Source: Macrostomum lignano (taxonomy: Eukaryota). From it: 64,000 bases of DNA. Shown here one piece after another: positions 34,444 to 46,400 of this stretch (positions are counted from its first letter, which is position 1; each line of letters opens with the position of its first letter). Where the stretch lies: positions 152,136-216,135 of the forward strand of contig NIVC01001092.1 of the NCBI GenBank assembly GCA_002269645.1, read 5' to 3'. The position numbers and the translations under genes are program-made. The notes beneath the pieces were generated by a model that was not told where the DNA came from, did no database searches, and saw only the letters and a program-made list of their open reading frames with translations.

Positions 34444-37400
34444 ATGGCGAGTGAACTGGAGATAGAAGACAAGCGTGTCTTCTTCCTCGCCGATTATGTG
34501 TTGAAGACACTGCGTATGCCAAAGGGAGACCGCTGGCAGAAAATGTATCAACTAGAGGACCAGCGCATCATCATTCACGACTTTCTGGATAAGAACGACA
34601 ATATGCAGCTTTTTATCGTTGCAACTCCATCTGGAGGTCTACAAGCGCAGTACAACACCCCAAACCTCCTGAAGTCAAAAGGCTGCTTCTTTTTTCGAAA
34701 GGGAAAAGAGGCGATCGGAAAGGACACCCAGTTGGCCAAAGTCCTCACATATGGAGACTTGTCATACAACCCGCTCGACCAGTTTGCTGGTTTTGTTGAT
34801 GAGGTAAGATGAAATTGTTATATTATATGGTCATTTTTGATACAAGCCTGTTGTTACAAGCTGAGGCTCTCAGAAATTCAAGGATGAAAACTAGTATTTT
34901 CTCAAAAATTCCTATTATAGGTTCTCCTCCCGGTGCTGTCAAACGAGAAGAACAATGGAGCATGGCCCTACGTGGTCTCACAAGACATTATAAAGCAGAT
35001 CCACCAACTGAAGCAGCACACTGAAGTGATTCTAGGCCACTCTCAGGGCAAGACGCACCTTCCAATGCCTGTTGGAGGCGAGAAGATCGACGAAGAGAAC
35101 GAAAAACTAAAGCAATCCAGCCCGCCGGCTGGAGAAGGAGATGCAGAAGCGGAGGCGGAGATCGAACAAGGGTACGCTTGTGTTACAGATAAATGACAAT
35201 ACAGTACAAGTGTTGTACCCAGTGTATGTATCGAATAAGACAGTTTCTCATACGAGCAGACCACGCTAATAAGCCATATGCCAACAACATTTACAGAATG
35301 CCGAAGGCCACTCCTGACATTGACTGGAGCCTGGTCTATGCAATCGAGACTGTGGTGATCGACTGGACGCACCAGATCCACGAGATCCTGAAAAAGGACT
35401 CCGCGCAGGAACTACTAGAGGGAAAGAATCCCTTGCCGGCCACGGAGATTAGTTTCTGGAGCAGGAAGTCTTCAAATCTGGAGTACGTGTACGAGCAGGT
35501 AAACAAATCTCAACTTTAGCTTGCTACCTTGCTACTCTTGACCGCAGCTCTCAATGCCTTAGAATGCTTTTTGAGCTTTTAAAAATCCATCTTCAATGAT
35601 TAAAATATTGAAACATTTTTCATTCTCAGCTGACAAGCAGCAAAGTGCAGAAGATGGGCCACATCCTGGAGGCCGTCAACAGCTCGTACTCGCCGCCGTT
35701 CAAAGACATGTTTCGCAGCGTGGTTGCGTCCCTGCACGAAGCTCAGGACATCAGCTTGCATTTGAAGCCGCTGAACGACTTCCTTTCCGACCTGGAACAG
35801 GCTGAGTTCGACGAATGCCAGAAGCAGATCGGCCCCGTGTTCCATGTTTTGTGCCTCATCTGGGCGAACAGCAAGTACTACCGTGTGCCCGCCAGGATCA
35901 TTGTCCTGCTGCAGGAGATCTGCAACCTGTTCATCAAGATGGTAAGCTTTATTTAAATTTGTAGATGGCGATGTTTCACTCCTGGGGCCTTGTAATTAGA
36001 CTGAATTGACTCATTAACGACTCAAATTCCAGTGCCGCGACTTCCTTGACCCGAACGAAGTCTTCAAAGGCGAAGTCGAAGAGACTGTGGTCAGAGTGAA
36101 GAAAGCCCTGACAATCCTGCACACCTTCAAGAGCACATTCGAAGAGTACAGGGGAAAAGTGAAAGAATACTTCAAGGAAGGCGAGCCAATGGAGTGGGAC
36201 TTTGCCAACACCCTGGTCTTTGCGCGCTATGACGCTTTTGTAGAGCGCGTATCCATGGTAGCCGACATCATGGACACGGCGGTCGAGTTCCTCAAGCTCG
36301 AGAAGGTTGAATACGGCGGCATGAAGGGCCGAGGCCTCAGCAAACTCACTATGGACATCTTCGAGGAGTTCAACAACCACTACAAGGTTTTTAGCGACAA
36401 GAGCTACGACGTCCTGGACCCGCTGAACAAGGAGTTCATGGACGACTACAATTACTTCCACCAGCAGATTGAAGACATTGACAGGCGCCTGGCCTCCATC
36501 GTGTGCCAGGCGTTCGACGACTGCTCGGGACCCGAGTCTGCATTCAGGGTGAGCCGTCCGAGAATACTGTTTTTTTAAATGCTGCTTTTACTGATTAATT
36601 GTATCGTTCATTTAGGGCACGGCACGCGGTAATTCTTGTACGCTCGTTAAATATTTCAACCGGATGATTTCTCATCGATTAATCAATTTTCAGCTCATCG
36701 ACATTCTCTCGACGCTGGTGGAACGGCCGCTAATCAAAGCGGAATTCGACCAGAAGTACCCGCTGCTGATCAAGATGCTGGACAGGGAGATGGACAACGC
36801 CAAAGAGATCTACGATGATCAGATGAAGCGCATCGAGGAGACCAGCTTCGCCATGGTGCACAAGAATGTGCCTCAGGTGACTGGTAGGCTGAAGTGGGCC
36901 GGGGAGCTGCGACAGCGTATTACTGTGCCCATGGACAACTTAAAGCACGTTGAGCATCCGTGAGTATAGACTCTTCTGTTTTCTTTGTTTAAATGAAGAT
37001 ATAGCCAGCGAAATTCTAATATGAGATAAATATGGAATTTAAAAACTTGCACAGGAACTGCAAGTGCGACTACGTTAAGTAAGATCGGCTGCGAGTCAGA
37101 ACCAAATTTTTCTAGAGTATCCGCTTTCTATGTTGCCCGATTTATTAATTTGAACTCCTTCCTCAAGCTTTGAGCCCAATCATTCTGAGTGCCACTCTCT
37201 CTCCTGAATTTTTTTGTTTGTCCACTTCAGTTTTTTCTTTAATTTTAGCTATAGCGATTCGAAATGACGGGTGTGGAACTGACTGTGGCTCAGTTGCTAT
37301 GCAGTCAGCGATGCACTCGTGGGTCTGGACAAGTGACTTTTTGCTTTTGTGAACCATCCTAGCACCCACCATGCATGTCAGCAGAATTTTTTTGTTCAGA

Positions 37401-40400
37401 AACCTTGAGCACATATTTGGCTTCTCATCCTCTATTTTCAGTGCCCTGGAGCAGTGAGTTACGCTCATATTGAACCACCTGAAAAACTAGCTTGACTAAC
37501 CCTAGATTTTCTAATACAAGCTTTTTATATTAAACATAAACCATTAGCGCATGGTATGATGTTAGCAGATTACTTGCTTGGCTTGCCGAATGCAACTCAT
37601 TTTAGCATAATCAATCAATCAAACAACCCAGCATGTCAACCGCATGTGATTACTGTGTACTAATGTATTCCAGCCTGGATCAGTCTGCTAGTGAAATCCA
37701 CCTGCCAGTGCGCTACTGCCAGCACTGGATAATGGAGAGGTCTGACTGAAATTCACGCTATGAAATCGAACTGACTATTTCACTTCAGACAGATTAGAGC
37801 AGTGATTAGAGCACTTAATCTCACATTTTTACGAGCTATAAACAGTAACGCTTGATACGTCATGTAAAATCAGTTCTTTCCCTGACGCTATTTTTGTAGC
37901 TTTTTTGCTAACATTGATCCTACATTCTGAGTTAAGATTTAAGATCGATCTTAATTTGTCTCAAGGGTTTGTGTAATTTGACAAAGTCAAAATTACATTT
38001 TTTCGGGTGCAGTGATTCACTGTTAATGATTTTAAGTTACAACAGTTCTCACTTCGTCCGTAACACCACGAGAATAAAACAAAAAAGAAGAACGTATCGC
38101 CGCAAAGAATTCAATTTTAATAAAAATCATTCCATTTAAAACAAACATTCCAGAGCAATTGAAAGCGAGGATGCTCAACTGGTTAAGAGAAAGTACGAGC
38201 AGCTCCTCATACTTCTGGACGAGTAAGTAAAATTTAGCAAACAAAAGAATCAATGTGCCTTCAAGCGATGGAGTGTCATAAATCATATATTAACCCACAC
38301 CGAAACACTGTGCTGCAGGTTCCAGAACCGCGCCTTCCAAGAATGGGTCAGCGGCGTCGACCAGAGCTGCTCCGAGAATCTCAGCCAGCCGTTGATCGTT
38401 CGCGACGAGCTCACAAAGCTGATTGCTGTCAACTTCGATCCCAAGGTAAGTTTAATTGAGAAAATTGGCTGTACTCATGCATTGAAAAGCTGAACCGCAA
38501 CAAGCTGCACGCCAACTCTCATTGAAACAGCTCATTGCCGTCCTGCGCGAGGTGAAGTATCTGCACCTGCGCTCCGACACTGCTCCAGAAGACGATAAGC
38601 CGCAGGAGACAGCTCCGGCTGCGGCCGAGGATCTGTACTCAAAGAACGACACGCTCAGAGAGCACATCATCAATCTCAACATGACAGTGCAGTGGTACAA
38701 CTATGTCCGCGAGAACACATACGAGGTTGAGATGCCGTTGATTGAAGCTCAGCTGGCTGAGATCGACAAAAAGCTCGAACAGGCGGAGACCAGCCTCAAC
38801 TGGAATGGCGAAAGTAAGTCTTGCTTCGAATGTGATTCCGGAATATGATATGATCAATTTTTGATTTGAACTCACAAGTAGCGTCAAAGCGAAAATATGA
38901 ATTTCAAATTGCAGTCACAGCGTACATCCAGGAAGTCAAGGATGCTGTTCATGATCTGCAGAAACGAGTAGTGCAGACCAAGGATAACGTCGAAAAGATT
39001 GTGAAGCTAATGAGCACGTGGCACAAGGTGCCTCTGTTTGAGAGAAAGGAAGGCAAGCACGAGACCTTGCTCAACCTGGACGATCGGAAAGACCGTCTCG
39101 AGAAGCGCAAGAATGAGATCTCCGAGCAGGGACAGCAGATTCACGCTTTATTGAAGGAAAATCTGGAGTTGTTTAAGGCCACGGACAGCACTGACGAATG
39201 GAAAGCGTACGTCGACTACGTAGATGAAAAGGTACTGGACGAGTTCATCACACTCATTATGTGCTCGCTAAAGTTCCTGAGCGAGCAGACAGTCGACAGG
39301 CAGGGCAACACGCCACTGTTCATGGCCTTCATGGAGCTGAAGCGGCCCAATGTTGTGTTCGATCCGGCACTTGACAAAGATCAGGCGGATGGCTTCTTCG
39401 AGCTGATGGACAGCATTACCACCGACATCTACCGGCAAGCATCCTACATTCCGCGTCTGGCTGCGCACAGCGGGCACGAGCACTACCAGCAGGAAATGGA
39501 AGACAACGATGAGCTGCAGGCTGTACGCACCGAGATCATGGAACGGGTGGAGCGAATCATGCAGAAGGCCATGGACTACAAGAGCAGCTTCGACACCTAT
39601 GCTTACTTGTGGGTGGAGGATCGTGAAGAGTTCAAGAACCAGTTCCTCAAGTATGGCCACGTCCTTACACCTGAAGAGATTGATGCGCACGGAGAGGATG
39701 GCGTCCCGGAGAGCAAGCCGACGCTGGAGCAGTTCAAGGAGCAGATCGACCACTACGAGACCATCTACGAAGAAGTTGAAAAAATTGAGCGAACTGTTGT
39801 GCTTGAGACTTGGTTCAGGATTGATTCGTCGAAGTTCAAGCAAGCGCTGCTGAACGAGATCAAACGTTGGTCTCTTATGTTTAAGCAGCATCTTATCGAC
39901 AGCGTTACAAAGGCACTGGATGAACTGGAGCAGTTCATCAAGGAAACTGATGCTGGTCTGTCAAAGGAGCTGGAGGAGGGCGACTACGATGGACTAGTGG
40001 CTGTCATGCACCACCTGATGCGCGTCAAGGAGCGGCAGTCGGAGACAGATGAGATGTTTGAGCCTCTAAAGCAGAAAATCGAACTGCTGAAGACGTACAA
40101 CCAGGAAATGGACGAATCTGTGTATCGCCAGCTAGAAGTGCTGCCAGAAAAGTGGAACAACACTAAGAAGATTGCGATTACAGTGAAGCAGCAAGTCGGC
40201 CCACTGCAGACCAACGAGATTCAGAAGATCAAGCGCACTGCGTCTGAGTTTGACGTTCAGCAGCACAGCTACCGCGAGCAGTTCCGCAAGATTGGGCCAT
40301 TCCAGTACTCGTGCCCTAATTCGTACGACGAGCTGGATGCTAAGAACAAAGAGATTGGAGACATGGAGAACCGCATGGCGAAGCTGAGCGAGTCGGCTAG

Positions 40401-43400
40401 CTTGTTTGAGGTTCCAGTGTCGGACTATAAGCAGTTGAAGCAGTGCCGAAAGGAGCTCAAGCAGCTCAAGCAGCTATGGGACTACATCTTCCTCGTCCGC
40501 TTCTCTATCGAGGACTGGAAGACAACGCCGTGGCGGGAGATTAACGTCGAGCAGATGGACCTGGACTGCAAGCGTTTCGCCAAGGATGTGCGTGCGCTGG
40601 ACAAAGAGATGCGGGCTTGGGATGCTTACACTGGAGTTGAAGAGGAAGTCAAGAACATGATGACTTCCCTGCGAGCGGTCAGCGAGTTGCAAAATCCTGC
40701 TATCCGAGACCGCCACTGGGCGCAGCTCATGCAGGCAACTGGCGTCAAGTTCACAATGGATGACAAGACCACTCTGGCGGATCTGCTGTCGCTCAACTTG
40801 CACAAGTATGAGGAGGACGTGCGCAACATCGTAGACAAGTCTGTCAAGGAAATGTCAATGGAGAAGGTGCTCAAGGAGCTGGAGGTTACCTGGGCACAGA
40901 TGGAGTTCGAGCATGACAAGCATCCGAGAACTCAGGTTACACTGCTGAAGGCAAGCGAAGAATTGATTGAGACGTTGGAGGACAATCAAGTGCAGCTCCA
41001 GAACATGATAACATCAAAGTACATCGCGCACTTTGCCACTGAAGTAAACTCCTGGCAGCAGAAGTTGAGCACGGCCGATCAGGTAATCCAGATTTGGTTC
41101 GAGGTTCAGCGGACCTGGTCCCATCTTGAGTCGATCTTCATCGGTTCTGAGGACATCCGGAAGCAGCTGCCAGAAGATTCAGAACGCTTTGACCAGGTGG
41201 ACAAGGACTTCAAAGAGATTATCTCCGAAGTGGAGGTAACACAGAACGTTGTAGAGGCGACAAGCAAGCCGCGCTTGTACGAGCGTCTGGAGGCTATCCA
41301 GGGCCAGTTGGTCTTGTGCGAGAAGGCTCTAGCAGAATATCTCGAAACCAAGCGCCTGGCCTTCCCTCGATTCTACTTCGTGTCTTCGGCTGACTTGCTC
41401 GACATCCTGTCGAATGGAAACTCGCCACCGGCGGTGATGAAGCACTTGACGAAACTGTTCGACAGCACAGCGCGTCTAGAATTGAAGAAGGAAGGTGGCG
41501 CAGAGACCAAGGTGGCGACCGACATGTACGCCAAAGACGGTGAGAAAGTCAAGCTGTCAAAGATAATCGATCTGAGCGGCCAGGTAGAGGTGTGGCTTAA
41601 CCGCGTACTTGATGAGATGCGCGACACTGTTCGGAAGTCGCTAGCTGACGCTGTCAGCACCTACGAAGAAAAGCCGCGCGACCAATGGATTTTCGACTAT
41701 CCGGCGCAAGTGGCCTTGGCTGGCAGTCAGATTGGCTGGTCTGGCGAGGTCAACATTGCCTTCGCCCGCCTTGAGGAGGGCTACGAGAACTCGCTGAAAG
41801 ACTATAACAAGAAGCAGATCGCACAGCTGAACGCCCTGATCCAGATGCTGATTGGCGAGCTGTCTGGACAGGACCGACAGAAAATCATGACCATCTGTAC
41901 CATCGACGTGCACAATCGAGATGTCGTAGCTAAACTGATTGCCCAGAAGGTAGAGAATTCGCAGGCCTTCACCTGGCTGTCCCAGCTGCGCCATCGTTGG
42001 GATGAAAAGGACGAAAAGGGAGGAATCAAGGGCGACTGCTTTACCAACATCTGCGACGCGCAGTTCCGCTACGCTCACGAGTACTTGGGTAACACGCCGC
42101 GACTTGTGATCACTCCGCTCACTGATCGCTGCTACATTACACTGACCCAGTCGCTGCATCTCATCATGAGCGGCGCTCCTGCAGGACCAGCAGGTAAAAA
42201 TAGGCTTGGTTTCAAACGCTTTAAGTAATTTGCTAGTTGGTGCATGCTTTCATAGAAATTTTACACTGCTCTTACCGCTTTTCTATAAAATAGGTACTGG
42301 AAAGACGGAGACGACGAAAGATCTTGGCCGAGCCCTGGGCATCATGGTTTACGTGTTCAACTGCTCCGAACAGATGGACTACAAGTCTGTCGGAAACATT
42401 TACAAGGGCCTGGCGCAGTCTGGCGCCTGGGGCTGCTTTGACGAGTTCAACCGCATCTCCGTAGAGGTGTTGTCCGTGGTGGCCGTTCAGGTGAAGTGCA
42501 TCCAGGATGCCATCAAGTACAAGAAGACCCGCTTCGACTTCCTCGGCGAGGAGATTCACCTGGAAGCATCGGTGGGCATCTTCATCACCATGAACCCGGG
42601 GTAAGGATCTCTTCCATGTCCTGACTAAATTCGTATTTAAAATATCGATTAGCAAATAACCCCCCTCGAATTCCTTACAGCTATGCCGGCCGAACCGAGC
42701 TGCCAGAGAATTTGAAGGCACTGTTCCGACCCTGTGCTATGGTCGTGCCCGACTTCGAGCTAATCGCTGAGATCATGATGGTTGCCGAGGGCTTTTTGGA
42801 GGCGCGTCTCCTGGCAAGAAAATTCATCACCCTGTACTCGCTGTGCAGAGAGCTGCTGTCGAAGCAGGATCACTACGATTGGGGTCTGCGGGCCATCAAG
42901 TCTGTGCTGGTGGTGGCCGGCGCCCTGAAGAGAGGCGATCCGCAGCGGCCGGAAGATCAGGTGCTGATGCGAGCCCTGCGCGACTTCAACATCCCAAAGA
43001 TTGTAACCGACGATCTTCCCATCTTCATGGGTCTCATCGGTGACCTGTTCCCCGCCTTGGACGTGCCGAGGAAGCGCGACCTGGACTTCGAGAAGGAGGT
43101 GCGCACTGCTACACTGGATCTCAAGCTCCAGCCAGAGGACAACTTCATCCTGAAGGTCGTGCAGCTTCAGGAGCTTTTCGCTGTACGACACTCTGTGTTC
43201 GTGCTGGGCAACGCTGGAACTGGCAAGTCGAAAGTGTGGCGCGCCCTGAACAAAACGTACCAGAACCAGAAGAAGAAACCAATGGCTGTCGATTTGAATC
43301 CCAAGGCCGTGACCAACGACGAGCTGTTCGGCATCATCAATCCGTCGACGCGAGAGTGGAAGGACGGTCTCTTCTCTGTGATCATGCGCGACCTTGCCAA

Positions 43401-46400
43401 CATCACCCACGATGGCCCCAAGTGGATTGTTCTCGATGGCGACATCGATCCCATGTGGATTGAGTCGCTGAACACTGTCATGGACGACAACAAGATCCTG
43501 ACGCTGGCCTCTAACGAGCGCATTCCTTTGACGCCTTCAATGCGCCTACTGTTTGAGATCAGCCACCTGAAGACGGCAACACCTGCCACCGTGTCCCGTG
43601 CCGGTATTCTGTACCTGAACCCGGCCGACCTGGGTTGGAACCCGTACGTCCAGTCTTGGCTGGCGACGCGCGAAGTGCAAGCCGAGCAGGCGAACCTGCA
43701 AATTCTATTCGAGAAGTACGTGCCACCCTGTCTGGACGTGCTGCGTCACAGATTTAAGAAGATTACACCGATTGCGGATATCGCACACATCCAGATGCTG
43801 TGCTCGCTGCTTGAGTGCCTGGTGACCCAGGACAACTGCCCCCAGGACTGCCCTAAAGAGTGGTACGAGATCTACTTTGTCTTCTGCTGCGTCTGGGCCT
43901 TTGGTGGCTCAATGTTCCAGGACCAGCTGGTCGACCATCGAGTCGAGTTCACGAAGTGGTGGATCACAGAATTCAAGACGGTCAAATTCCCAGCCCAGGG
44001 AACTGTCTTTGACTACTTCATTGATCCCGAGTCGAAGAAGTTTGAGCCGTGGACCAAGATCGTGCAAAAGTTTGAGCTGGATCCCGACATCCCGCTGCAG
44101 GTATGTATATAAAACTCTTTCTGGCATTGAGCTCTGTGTGATGTGAGACATGCTAACCAAAAAATATAGCGTAATGGATACGTTATATAATTTTACTAAC
44201 AAGACTAAGATAGGAAAACACGCACACACGACTAACCCGTATCATAGAAGCCACAGCAGAATGCTACGCAATCGGGGGCTCAAGGCCACCCGACGGAGCA
44301 GCAGCAGCAGCCACCACAGCCAGGGGTCCTGAGGATCCAGCAGCAGCAGCAACAGCCGCAGCAGCACTTGGATCCGAAGCAGCGACCCGCCTCCGTGGTG
44401 CAACCAACTAGGCGACCGGTGATAAACCTGCATGAGGTGAACTGTCTGGCCTTGCCTGCATTCACGGTCGCCAGACAGAAATCACAACCAGCTGAGATGC
44501 TATCACTTCACAGCAGCATTTCTTTGTTGTCTAATGAGCTTTAATTTTTCGCATATCACATAAATTGCGTTACTTATTATATTAAAAGAATATTTTTCTG
44601 CCTTGGTTCGTAAATTTTGCAATTCTGATGCGCAAGTTTTTCACTATTGTGTCGCGGAGTAAAAATCACAAAACTTGCTTTAAATTTGTCTTTTTATATG
44701 TTACATGCCATGAAAACAAACATTCCACTTTCATTCATTACACAGGCCGCTCTGGTGCCGACATCGGAGACCACGCGCATTCGCTACTTCCTGGACCTGC
44801 TGATCGAGAAGAAGCGGCCGGTCATGCTGATTGGAGGCGCCGGAACAGGCAAGTCAGTTCTGCTCGGAGACAAACTCAGCAGTCTGGGCGAGGACTACAT
44901 GGTCGCGAACGTGCCGTTCAACTTTTACACCACCTCTGAGATGCTGCAGCGCGTTCTGGAGAAGCCGCTGGAGAAGAAGGCTGGACGAAACTTTGGTCCG
45001 CCGGGCACCAAGAAGCTGATCTACTTCATCGACGATTTGAATATGCCCGAGGTAGACAAGTACTTCACGGTGCAGCCGCACACTCTGATTCGGCAGCACA
45101 TGGACTACAGCCATTGGTACGACCGAGCAAACTGACTCTGAAGGATATCCACAACACTCAGTACGTCGCTTGCATGAACCCGACTGCTGGCAGTTTCACC
45201 ATCAATCCGCGTCTGCAGCGTCATTTCGCCGTCTTTGCGCTGTCCTTCCCCGGACAAGACGCGGTGCGCACGATCTACAACAGTATCCTGTCGCAGCATC
45301 TGCAGATGCAGAGCTTCCCAGCGCCAGTTCAGAAGATGGCCAGCAGTATTACAGACACGGCGCTCACGCTGCACAACAAGATGGCGTCTGTGTTCCTACC
45401 AACCGCCATCAAGTTTCACTACGTGTTTAACCTGCGTGATCTGAGCAACATCTTTCAGGTATGTTTCAATGCGAATATGACGAACAGCTTACAATATTTT
45501 TGCATGTTTTATTTGAATTCTAATACGCTTGTCTCTACTTCTTTCAGGGACTGCTGTTTTCCGCTCCGGACTGCCTGAAGCAGCCAACAGACATTATCCG
45601 CCTCTACATGCACGAGGCGGAGCGCGTCTACTGCGACAAGCTGACGGAGGAGGCCGACATCGAAACGTACAAGAAGATTGTGAAGGAAATCGTGAAAAAA
45701 GGATTTGAAGATCAGATGGACGAGGCAGTGGTGTTCGCGTCGCCAAACATGTACTGCCATTTCTCGACCGGCATCGGAGAGCCAAGTACATGCCAGTGGA
45801 GAAGTTCGAGGACATCAACAAGATCCTGCTGGACGCGCTGGATAATTACAACGAGATCAATGCGGCGATGAACCTAGTGCTGTTCGAGGACGCTATTTCG
45901 CACATTCTGCGCATCAACCGCATCCTGGAGTCTCCCCGTGGAAACGCCCTACTGGTTGGAGTCGGTGGCTCTGGCAAACAGTCGCTGTCCCGTCTAGCTG
46001 CCTTTATCAGCAGTCTAGAGGTGTTCCAGATCACCCTCCGCAAGGGCTACAGCATCCCAGACCTCAAGGCAGACCTCGCTCAGCTGTACATCAAGTCTGG
46101 TCTGAAGAACATCGGCATGGTATTCCTGATGACGGATGCACAAGTGGCCGATGAGAAGTTCCTTGTGCTCGTCAACGATCTCCTGGCATCTGGTGAGATC
46201 GCTGACCTCCTACCTGACGATGAAGTTGAAAACGTAATCAATGGAATGCGCTCTGAAGTAAAGGGAGTTGGCCTGCAAGACACTCGGGAGAACTGCTGGA
46301 AGTTCTTCATCGAAAAGGTCCGGAGAACTCTAAAGGTGATTCTGTGCTTCAGCCCAGTTGGCACAACACTTCGCGTTCGTGCTCGCAAGTTCCCAGCGGT

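Noticed and set aside
37163-37468. 101-aa minus-strand ORF in a dynein intron (nested gene?)
   Set aside because: No recognisable motif and no partner exons found.
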